Translations under genes and position numbers: made by a program
Source of the DNA: a bacterium
Lineage (GTDB): Bacteria > Patescibacteriota > Patescibacteriia > JAHIZJ01
Length of the DNA stretch: 64,000 nucleotides
Assembly: GCA_030699685.1 (NCBI GenBank)
Contig: JAUYLJ010000068.1
Span: forward strand, 8,947 to 72,946
Direction: 5' to 3'
The notes under the pieces: model-generated
What the model saw: the letters and a program-made list of their open reading frames with translations, nothing else
What the model was told of the DNA's origin: nothing
Databases searched by the model: none
Shown: piece after piece, positions 9,736 through 17,409 of the stretch
Layout: each line of letters opens with the position of its first letter
Numbering within the stretch: the stretch's first letter is position 1

Positions 9736-9912
9736 GGCAGACTGCCACCGCCACATCATTTTCTTTAATAATAATGGAGGCGGGGTGCCGCTAGAAAGCG
9801 GCATAAATCTGTTGGCTTCGGCCTTCGCGGCTTCTTCCGTATCGATGGCGAAATCCCGCTAGCATTTCAAAAATAAATTGTATAGCGCAGGGGGATCATA
9901 CCAGGTTCACCA
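9736..9912 (+). pseudogene. tRNA-Tyr-derived repeat copy 1 (anticodon insert A 9745-9803 + T-loop insert B 9835-9892)
   Basis: GGCAGACTG | insert | TAAATCTG...CTTC | insert | GGATCATACCAGGTTCACCA is collinear with tRNA-Tyr 9663-9722. Confidence 0.8.
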
Positions 9913-10102
9913 GTTAGAAAATGTATTTGTTGGCTCGCCAGCCGATTTTAAGTGCGAAATGAAACGATTGGGAATAAATATAGAAACGTGGACACATAAA
10001 TTCTTGGTAATTAGTTTGAAACGTAACCAAAATAGATTGTGATAAAGAGTTTGAATAAATTGTCGTTTCGATGGTTAAATCGGTATTCTACTTCTTTACC
10101 TT

Positions 10103-10356
10103 AAAAAATCCGCGCGCGCAAAAAGAGAATAGGCAATTTTTCTGCTTGGCTTCGTGCTGACGCACGGGCGGTGGAGCTTCAATAAGGACGAGGCAAAACA
10201 AAAACTATTTTTGCGGGAGAAGGTGATTTTGCTTTGCCTCAACTCTTTTTTGTTGGCAGGATTTTTTTATCCGCCGCGCAGGAGGGTGCGGGAGGAATGC
10301 GCGGCAGATTATTTGCCGTTTGCTTTACGAAAACGGCCATTTATGTCAGGGTAATA
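10103..10356 (+). repeat. Left arm of a long bipartite inverted repeat
   Basis: 10279-10356 is the reverse complement of 14138-14215 (1 mismatch in 78 nt); 10103-10182 matches 14216-14295 with indels. Confidence 0.92.
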
Positions 10357-10358
10357 CC

Positions 10359-11408
10359 ATGACACGCTCAAAACAGTGCAACTATAAACTTAAATGCATC
10401 AATGATGATTTTCAAGTGACGGAAGTACCCTTGATGCCTACTTTAACTTTAAAGCGACCGCGTCGCTTTACTTATATTTGGATTCAAAAAACTGGATTCA
10501 CTACTTTTGATATTATCGAGCAGATAAAAGATTTTTTTAAGTTATCGTTCAGCGATGTATCCAGTCAGGGATTAAAAGACGAGGATGCTATCACAGAGCA
10601 ACTCATCTCAATAAAGAAAATTATAAAAAATGACGACATCATAGCTTTTAATAAGAAAAGCAAGTCCAAAAAGAATTTTTGCCATATTAAGCATATCGTT
10701 GGTTATGGAAATGAGGCTGTAAAGAAAAGAATGCTCCACGGAAATTCGTTTAGAATTGTCATTAGAAATCTGGATAAAACAATCTCCAATACTTTTTTAA
10801 GTTATATCTCTAGCCAAAGACATTATTATTTTATCAACTACTATGATAATCAACGATTTGGAATGCCTAGCGGTCCATACAATACGCATTTGATTGGTAG
10901 GGCTATCGTAGAAAATAAATGGAAGGACGCCTATAAACATCTCAAAAATTCAAATAACTCTCTTCCTAAAATTACAACGAAACTTGAAAGTACCTCCGAC
11001 TTCAAGGAGATATTTCGATTGCTGAACCCAAGGAAGGTTTCTTTTTTTGTTTCTGCTTACAATAGTTTTCTTTGGAATAGTCATGCATCTTCTGTCGTCA
11101 GAAAATATACTAAAAGCAAAAAACATATTTTCGAAAATGTCGGATATCTGTACATACCAACAGCATCTTCATTTCTGTGTCCAAATATCTGCGAGGTGGA
11201 TGGCTATGAATTTCTTGCAAAGAACTTCACAATCGCACTAAAGAAAAATAGTAGAAACCTTGTTGTTGCAACTACGATATATGCTGATGATTTAGAAAAA
11301 GACGGGCTACATAAGGGAAGGTGGAAATTAACTCTTTCTTTTTTCTTGCCAACTGGTAGTTATGCCACCATGATAGTTAAGCAAATCTTCTTGAGATTAA
11401 GTAAATAG
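10359..11408 (+). CDS. TruD-family pseudouridine synthase-like protein (atypical)
   Basis: DDFQVTEV, GLKDEDAITEQ (catalytic Asp), GNSFRIVIR, NYYDNQRFG, LSFFLPTGSYAT. Confidence 0.85.
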   Translation: MTRSKQCNYKLKCINDDFQVTEVPLMPTLTLKRPRRFTYIWIQKTGFTTFDIIEQIKDFFKLSFSDVSSQGLKDEDAITEQLISIKKIIKNDDIIAFNKKSKSKKNFCHIKHIVGYGNEAVKKRMLHGNSFRIVIRNLDKTISNTFLSYISSQRHYYFINYYDNQRFGMPSGPYNTHLIGRAIVENKWKDAYKHLKNSNNSLPKITTKLESTSDFKEIFRLLNPRKVSFFVSAYNSFLWNSHASSVVRKYTKSKKHIFENVGYLYIPTASSFLCPNICEVDGYEFLAKNFTIALKKNSRNLVVATTIYADDLEKDGLHKGRWKLTLSFFLPTGSYATMIVKQIFLRLSK

Positions 11409-11419
11409 ATTCTTATCTT

Positions 11420-12037
11420 ATGAATAAAAATATTGAAATAGAAATACGAGGACCATTGTCGAAAGAAAAATTCAATAAACTAGAGAGTTTTCTTAACGAA
11501 AAAGGTAGGAAGTTAATTGAAAAAAACAGAGTTTTAATTGACTACTCAACTTTTTTAGATGGGGGTATTGAAGATAGAAAAAAAGATATACGCCTGCGCG
11601 TCACTAACGGTGTCCCTGAAATAATAGTGAAAATCGGACAATGGGGCGGGACAGATCAACGAAAAGAGCTTTCGGTTTTAACTAATCCAAGCAGTTTTGA
11701 CACACTCGTCGAAATTTTTGGCGAACTTGGGCTGAAAAAAGGGATGCTATGCGTACGCAGGAGTAAAATCTATGAATATCAAGGAATAGAATTTGCGCTG
11801 GTTGAGGTTCCCAATCATAGCTATTATTACGAGGCAGAAAAAATGGCACATGAAGGCGAAAATCCTGAACAAATAACAAAGGACATAACAAAGGTATGTC
11901 GAGCTTTGCAACTTGAGATATTCGACAAAAAAACATTTTTTGAATATATCCAACGACTGAACAAAGAAGCAAATGAGGTATTTGACTACACTACTTCATT
12001 TAGGCCGAATTACTTCAAAAATAGATTTGGGCTATAA
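11420..12037 (+). CDS. CYTH-domain protein (class IV adenylate cyclase/triphosphatase-like)
   Basis: N-terminal EIEIR (ExExK-like), IRLRV, RKEL, YYEAE. Confidence 0.8.
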   Translation: MNKNIEIEIRGPLSKEKFNKLESFLNEKGRKLIEKNRVLIDYSTFLDGGIEDRKKDIRLRVTNGVPEIIVKIGQWGGTDQRKELSVLTNPSSFDTLVEIFGELGLKKGMLCVRRSKIYEYQGIEFALVEVPNHSYYYEAEKMAHEGENPEQITKDITKVCRALQLEIFDKKTFFEYIQRLNKEANEVFDYTTSFRPNYFKNRFGL

Positions 12038-12050
12038 CTCAAAAGAAAAA

Positions 12051-12083
12051 ACGGGTGGAGAGTTTTCTGAACTCGCCACCCGT
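12051..12083. terminator. Hairpin between the convergent island operons
   Basis: ACGGGTGG.GAGTT/AACTC.CCACCCGT preceded by an A-tract (U-tract on the minus strand). Confidence 0.7.
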
Positions 12084-12095
12084 GTGTGTTTGCCG

Positions 12096-12341
12096 TTATC
12101 CATGATGACCCCTCACAAAGACTTTCCCTCGGATTATCTTATGGGCAGGCCTGTTATGAATAATGGCGTGTCGGGCGAACTTTTGACCGCAACTGGGGCA
12201 CTTGAGAGCACCATTTGTGCAATCCGACATGATCATATCGGCGTAACACTTTATGAGCGTCCCCCCGCCCTCTTTTTTGTAGCGGTAAAGCAGACCTGTG
12301 CATTTAGCGCAATGCACGGCAATCGTGTATGTTTTTCCCAC
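12096..12341 (-). CDS. Small Zn-ribbon protein
   Basis: CAKC...CPSC; strong SD (AAAGGAG); last gene of the minus operon. Confidence 0.75.
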   Translation of the reverse strand: MGKTYTIAVHCAKCTGLLYRYKKEGGGTLIKCYADMIMSDCTNGALKCPSCGQKFARHAIIHNRPAHKIIRGKVFVRGHHG

Positions 12342-12353
12342 GTTCTTCTCCTT

Positions 12354-13499
12354 TCAGAAAGATGCCTTTATGGCATCAAATTTGGGAGGACATACTCCGA
12401 CACACGCGTTGCAAGAAATGCAGTTGTCGGCGATTACAGCGAGCGGCTTCCTGTTAGCACGACGAAGCATCGTCAGGGCATCAAAAGCGCAGGATTGAAC
12501 GCAGATTCCGCAACCAGTGCACTTCTCTTCGATTACGACCGGACATGGTGACGAAAAACGATGTTCGCGTGTCTTTTCAAGTGTGAGTCCGATCAGATCC
12601 TCAATCGAGTCGTACTGAGGATTCTCCGCGAGAAACCTCCCCAGTCCTGCCGTTATGCGCTTGAAGACAACCGGACCCTTCAGTGCTGGCGCGGTGTAAA
12701 GTTGCACTGCTCTTGCGCCTGCCATCAACATCTGGACAACGTCGTCAGCCGTGAAGATTCCACCACATCCGACGATCGGAATGGTAAGATTCTGCGAAAG
12801 TTGATGTACACACCACAGAGCAATCGGGAAAATCGCTTTTCCAGACACTCCGCCGCCGCCACCCTTAATACCGAGCTTGGGTTTGGCGGTTTTGGTGTCG
12901 ATCAACATTCCGGGACCGATACTATTCGTGCAGACGATGGCGTCAGCGCCTAACTCTTGGGCGCGCTGAGCCATAGAGAGTAGCAGGTTCGAGTATGACA
13001 ACTTGATCCAGATGGGCGTCTTTGTAACGCCCCGCACCTTCTTCATTAGTTGTTCCAGATGAAGCTCGTCAACATTCAAGTTGCCGTGCAGTGCGCCTGA
13101 GTGCGAGCAGGAAATGTTGATCTCGTAGGCATCAACATCAAGCTCGTCAAAGGTCTGGATCAAATAGCAACAACTCTCGAGGTCGCGACCAGAAAGAGAA
13201 ACGATGATCGGACAGCCAGCGTCTTGCACATGGCGCACTCCACTGTCTCGCCACTCTGTCCACGGTTTCTCGTTTCCCCATTCGCAGTTAAGCATGTTGT
13301 CTTGTCCGAAAACCGCGTAACGCGGGACGGTAATTCTCGAACGCTCCGGCGGAACGCGTTGCTTGAGCGAACGGGTGACTATCCCCGAACAGCCGTATGG
13401 TTGAGCTCTCATGAAGAACTCTGGCGTTTCGGTAATGTATCCTGATGCCAACAAGAGCGGTGTCTGGAGACTTACACTTCCTACTTGCGTCCTGAGCAT
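12354..13499 (-). CDS. Dihydroorotate/dihydropyrimidine dehydrogenase-like FMN enzyme with C-terminal 2x[4Fe-4S]
   Basis: LLLASG, EINISCSH, WIKLS, GGVSGKAIFP, GCGGI; CTGCGICVQSC and CISCNACVGVCP. Confidence 0.85.
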   Translation of the reverse strand: MLRTQVGSVSLQTPLLLASGYITETPEFFMRAQPYGCSGIVTRSLKQRVPPERSRITVPRYAVFGQDNMLNCEWGNEKPWTEWRDSGVRHVQDAGCPIIVSLSGRDLESCCYLIQTFDELDVDAYEINISCSHSGALHGNLNVDELHLEQLMKKVRGVTKTPIWIKLSYSNLLLSMAQRAQELGADAIVCTNSIGPGMLIDTKTAKPKLGIKGGGGGVSGKAIFPIALWCVHQLSQNLTIPIVGCGGIFTADDVVQMLMAGARAVQLYTAPALKGPVVFKRITAGLGRFLAENPQYDSIEDLIGLTLEKTREHRFSSPCPVVIEEKCTGCGICVQSCAFDALTMLRRANRKPLAVIADNCISCNACVGVCPPKFDAIKASF

Positions 13500-13501
13500 G
13501 G

Positions 13502-14071
13502 CTATCCTCCTTTCTGTAGATGTGGCGCTAAAATCGCGAGCACTTCCTTAAACACCATGCGTTCTGTCGCTTCGGAGATTTCAACCACCGAGGTAAACAG
13601 TGATCTTTGCCGCAGGATTGTCCTGATCTCGTCATCGGCTGCCGCAACTCTTTTTTCTATCTCTGCAGAGCTTTCTGTCTTTCGTATGATAGCAAGCCTT
13701 TTGTGAAGCAGAGGTAGTTCAGAGGTAACGAAACCGATAGTGATGACTGCAGGATTGATTCTGAGCGCTTCCGAAACATTGTTCGGGTGCAACTCAGTCA
13801 ATCTGATATCTGTGGTTGGAAACAAATCCTTCCCCCTAAGGCCATAGCGATGGCCAAAGAGGTCTTGAACCAACACCAATTCACCAATATCAGCCCTCCG
13901 ATTGAACTCAGAAACTGAAACAGGGATTCTGTTTCCTCTACCCTGTTCGTCTGGTCGCAGGGGGCGGGTAGTAAACCATGTCAGTTCCTGAATGTATGGG
14001 TGAAGCTGCAATAGCCGTTCCTTGACGTATCCCTTACCGATTCCGGAAGGGCCGCTGAAAGCGATTATCAT
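13502..14071 (-). CDS. Guanylate kinase-like P-loop kinase
   Basis: SGPSGIGKG, TTRPLRPDE, HRYG; strong SD. Confidence 0.82.
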   Translation of the reverse strand: MIIAFSGPSGIGKGYVKERLLQLHPYIQELTWFTTRPLRPDEQGRGNRIPVSVSEFNRRADIGELVLVQDLFGHRYGLRGKDLFPTTDIRLTELHPNNVSEALRINPAVITIGFVTSELPLLHKRLAIIRKTESSAEIEKRVAAADDEIRTILRQRSLFTSVVEISEATERMVFKEVLAILAPHLQKGG

Positions 14072-14110
14072 CGTACCCCTCCTTTCGTTCGTTTGTGAAA
14101 GAACTTTTCC

Positions 14111-14137
14111 TAATTCTTAGGAGCATCCTAAGAATTA
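14111..14137. promoter_or_regulatory. Perfect 12-bp palindrome (3-nt spacer) between the right IR and the kinase gene
   Basis: TAATTCTTAGGA-gca-TCCTAAGAATTA. Confidence 0.55.
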
Positions 14138-14295
14138 TATTACCCTGACATAAATAGCCGTTTTCGTAAAGCAAACGGCAAATAATCTGCCGCGCATTCC
14201 TCCCGCACCCTCCTGATTGAAGCTCCGCCGCCAGCGTGAAGCCGAGCAGAAAAATTGCCTATTCTTTTTTTGTTTTTGCGCGCGCCGATTTTATC
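14138..14295 (-). repeat. Right arm of the long inverted repeat
   Basis: Reverse complement of 10103-10182 plus 10279-10356. Confidence 0.92.
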
Positions 14296-14445
14296 CTTAA
14301 AGGAAAGACAATTTTTCTGCGAGGCAGTGTCATTTGGCAGCACGGTAGCGGGGCTGAGTGAATTGGATTTTTTCAGAAATTTCTGCTAAAATGGTTTCTA
14401 ACGTGGTTGCAAGGCCACACCAGAGGGGTGTTCACTCACTCTAAC

Positions 14446-14560
14446 GCGGCATAAATCTGCTGGCCTCGGCCTTCGCGGGTTCTTCCGTATCGATGGCGAA
14501 ATCTCGTTAACATTTCGAACATAAGTTGTATAGTGCAGGGGAATCCTACCAGGCTCACCA
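14446..14560 (+). pseudogene. tRNA-Tyr-derived repeat copy 2 (T-loop insert 14483-14540)
   Basis: 14452-14482 matches tRNA 9672-9702 (2 mismatches); 14541-14560 matches 9703-9722 (2 mismatches). Confidence 0.85.
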
Positions 14561-14685
14561 GTTAGAAAAAATGTCTTTGTTGGCTCGCCAGCCGATTTTA
14601 AGCGCACAACGAAACCATTGGCAATAAATATAGAAACGTGGACGCACCATTCTTAAATAATTAATTAAACACTTAATAAAACATC

Positions 14686-16071
14686 ATGCGAAAAAGACCA
14701 ACATGTATTTCTTTGTTAGTCACACTTTTTAGCATCTGTATATTTTATGTTCTTACTGGACCGGCTCAGGCGAGAGTAGCGTTAACTGAAGGCGAGTTTG
14801 TGGTTCTTGGGGACGACCTTTCACTAGGAGACGTTTATAACCAAATGTTGTTTCAGGATATGGTTTTTGAAATTGATGATCTGGGTAAGGCAAAAGGAAC
14901 AGCCAACGTATCTTTTACCGACTTAGATTTGAAGGGCGCGCTTCGTACCGGAACCCTTACTCTTAATTTAGAGGGGAATTATGATACCAAAGAAAACAGT
15001 TTGAGTGGAACATTCTTAGTCAAATTTACAAGTTCAATGGTTGACGAACCACCCCCACCGCTCCTCTCGTATTATGGCAATAATGAATATACTTTTGACG
15101 GTACTATTTCCGGTGGTTGGTCATCGAAAGAAAGTGCCTTTGAAATCTTTTTCAATGGGACAGCGCATTCGGTTGGTAAAACCTGGAACGGTAATGGTAA
15201 AGAGGAAGAACAGGATACAACAACAGAATGGCACAATAAAGCTGTATTTAGGGAGGACTTCTGCGCTAGCTTACTTGCCCGGGCAGAAAGTAAACCAAAG
15301 TGGAAATTAATTCAAACCGCGCAAGCGAAAGATTCAGGCGCGCGTTTCGCGGCATTTTCAGGCGAGGTTTTAATTGCTCCTCAAGACGATCTTGATGACG
15401 AACGAGCAGCTGAAGACGATATGGTCCTAGAAGAAGGCGATATAGTTACAACTGGTGGAGATAGTTGCGCGATGATCAGCTACGCCGATGGGAGCACGTT
15501 TATTATGAAAGCGCGTTCCAAGGTAATCTTAGCGGCTGCTCCGGAAAGACAAAGCCAATTAGAATTAGTCGCGGGAAATATCTTGGTCAATCTGAAACAT
15601 ATCTACGAAACCGGCCAATTGGAAGTAACTATGAATGATGCGATTGCCGGCACCAAAGGCACGACTTTTGTTGCTTCTGAGGACGGAACCAATTCTACCC
15701 TCAAAGTTATTGAAGGGTTAATGTATTTTCGATCGCTAGCGACCGGTCAAGAAATCGATGTTGGATCCGGCGAGATGGTTTCAGCTGATTCCGATGGAAT
15801 GACTGAAAAAACCGCTTTTGACACTGAGACCGAATCCAGCTCTTGGGAAAAAATTCAAGGAAATTTAACGCTTTTCAACACAAAGTCTGTTGCTAGCGAC
15901 GAGTCGCCGGTAGAACCATCTTCCCAAGATGACACCTCAGAGCCTCAAGAAGAAATATCTTCTGAAGCGGAAGAACCAAAATCTAAGGGAACATTATTTG
16001 CAATACTGTCATCTCTTGTCGTGCTAGTTGTACTAGGATTTTTGGGAATAAAGTTTGCTAGAAGGAAATGA
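14686..16071 (+). CDS. Secreted FecR-like domain protein with C-terminal TM anchor
   Basis: Signal peptide; LEEGDIVTTGGDS...YADGS, AIAGTKGTTF, LKVIEG; acidic linker, TM and basic tail. Confidence 0.75.
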   Translation: MRKRPTCISLLVTLFSICIFYVLTGPAQARVALTEGEFVVLGDDLSLGDVYNQMLFQDMVFEIDDLGKAKGTANVSFTDLDLKGALRTGTLTLNLEGNYDTKENSLSGTFLVKFTSSMVDEPPPPLLSYYGNNEYTFDGTISGGWSSKESAFEIFFNGTAHSVGKTWNGNGKEEEQDTTTEWHNKAVFREDFCASLLARAESKPKWKLIQTAQAKDSGARFAAFSGEVLIAPQDDLDDERAAEDDMVLEEGDIVTTGGDSCAMISYADGSTFIMKARSKVILAAAPERQSQLELVAGNILVNLKHIYETGQLEVTMNDAIAGTKGTTFVASEDGTNSTLKVIEGLMYFRSLATGQEIDVGSGEMVSADSDGMTEKTAFDTETESSSWEKIQGNLTLFNTKSVASDESPVEPSSQDDTSEPQEEISSEAEEPKSKGTLFAILSSLVVLVVLGFLGIKFARRK

Positions 16072-16187
16072 AGTAGTTGTTGCCGAAAAAATAATCTATA
16101 CAGGAATTTAACGAATAGAGCCGGGCTTGTATGTAGACAGGAAATAGAAGCAAAGGAATGTATTAACTAACATTGCGTATATGGCGT

Positions 16188-16324
16188 GCTTCGCCGCTGG
16201 CGGGTCCGGCTAACACTTCGAAGATGAAATAGAAAAGAGCGGGAGAATCCTACTCCACCCACCAGGTAGTGTTGAAATGACAGACTGCCACCGCCACAAT
16301 CAGTGTAGTTATAACAAAGAAGGC
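16188..16324 (+). repeat. tRNA-Tyr-derived repeat copy 3 (insert B, 3' end, head of insert A)
   Basis: GAATCCTACTCCACCCACCA 16245-16264 (17/20 to the tRNA 3' end); CAGACTGCCACCGCCACA 16281-16298 is identical to 9738-9755. Confidence 0.7.
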
Positions 16325-16325
16325 T

Positions 16326-16859
16326 TCACATGGTGGAAGCCTTTTGGGGCGGGATGAGCACTTCAACGATGTCGAGGGGCATACGCTCGGTGCCATAGTT
16401 CACCCTGACAACGAAAGGAGTGTCCTCGTGACTCACCCCTAGGATACCGATGCCGCTTCCACGGTTGGTGATGACGACGGACTCCGGAGGAAGGCTGGAC
16501 AGGATGCCGGTAAATGCTCTTCGGCGGTCTTCGAGACTGGTGCTGAGAATAGCGGGGATCATGGTGCCGTCGGCGAAGAGAATGCAAGGCCCGTCGTCGG
16601 TGGTGACAAGCCTCTCTGACGTGCCCAAGGCGGAACTGTAGCGGTCGACGCGCAGTCCCAAGGCCCAAGCTGTTTCACGTTCAGCTCGGCCAGTAGCGCA
16701 GCAGACAACCGGCGGACAATGGGGGAGTAAGCTTCGTAGACTGGCTACTATGCTTTCCGCGCCAGGGGAAAGTCCCGGGTCCGGTCCGCTAGCGAGGAGA
16801 CCGGAAACCACCACGTAGATGATCGATTCTTCGTACATAGACCTTCTCCTTCCGGTCAC
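16326..16859 (-). CDS. Hypothetical protein, possibly a degenerate histidine-phosphatase fold
   Basis: DPGLS and GRAERETA resemble phosphoglycerate-mutase family segments, but the RHG motif is absent. Confidence 0.55.
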   Translation of the reverse strand: MTGRRRSMYEESIIYVVVSGLLASGPDPGLSPGAESIVASLRSLLPHCPPVVCCATGRAERETAWALGLRVDRYSSALGTSERLVTTDDGPCILFADGTMIPAILSTSLEDRRRAFTGILSSLPPESVVITNRGSGIGILGVSHEDTPFVVRVNYGTERMPLDIVEVLIPPQKASTM

Positions 16860-16983
16860 AAAGGGTACCCGGATGTGTTTGTGGGCCAGAGGACGATCTC
16901 AAAAGAAACAACATAACAATGGACAAGGCAAGGTGACACGACGTGAATCGATGTCGAAAAACTGTGCTGACAGTATCAGGTAC

Positions 16984-17409
16984 TTATTGTTTCGTCAATA
17001 TCGAAAAGAATGTTTCGAGATGGGCAAACGCTTCGTCAAGAGTCTGGTAGGATCGGGACTGAATGTTTGAATTTCCAAGCACCATCGGACTGGCGTGAGC
17101 GGATGTTCCTTCTCTATAGAGCGCCATGATTGGGATGTTTCGGCTTTCCGCCAAGCCGATCTCGTAACCGACTCCGATTGAAGGCGTGGAAATATCGGCT
17201 ACCAGCGCGTCGGCCTGCCGGACTAAACCAGAATCGTAATCGTAAATCTCTTGGTGTGTAAACTCGACTCTTCCTTTGTCCGTGATGGCCGGATCGCCCA
17301 CGAAATCGCTGAGAACCTGTCCGTAACTTCGCAAGTGCGTAATCAAGGCGCTGTAGATAGTGACATCCTGGCGGCCGCTTCGAATTGATCCGGCGAAATA
17401 TATTTTCAC
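16984..17409 (-). CDS. Nucleoside 2-deoxyribosyltransferase / DNPH1(Rcl)-like N-glycosidase
   Basis: KIYFAGSIR and PSIGVGYEIG motifs; GTG start overlaps the upstream TAG. Confidence 0.85.
   Translation of the reverse strand: MKIYFAGSIRSGRQDVTIYSALITHLRSYGQVLSDFVGDPAITDKGRVEFTHQEIYDYDSGLVRQADALVADISTPSIGVGYEIGLAESRNIPIMALYREGTSAHASPMVLGNSNIQSRSYQTLDEAFAHLETFFSILTKQ

Larger units (their letters stand above)
9723..14431. mobile_element. Integrase-less genomic islet at the tRNA-Tyr 3' end
   Basis: 14-bp direct repeat CACCAGAGGGGTGT at 9718-9731 and 14418-14431, a ~200-bp direct repeat (9798-9995 vs 14446-14645), an internal inverted repeat and atypical cargo. Confidence 0.65.

Noticed and set aside
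9635-9862. 75-aa ORF (also 14398-14607)
   Set aside because: Shadow ORFs over tRNA-Tyr and its repeat copies
9745-9892. Inserts A and B as group I or BHB tRNA introns
   Set aside because: Too short for group I introns, no bulge-helix-bulge is evident, and the host copies lack the 5' acceptor strand and D-arm
10154-10354. ORF ending RRVREECAADYLPFALRKR (also 14140-14343)
   Set aside because: The peptide similarity only reflects the inverted repeat; indels differ between copies, so it is probably non-coding
16764-16790. GGGAAAGTCC resembling the RNase P P4 region
   Set aside because: Lies antisense within an ORF, and no matching 3' P4 strand was found
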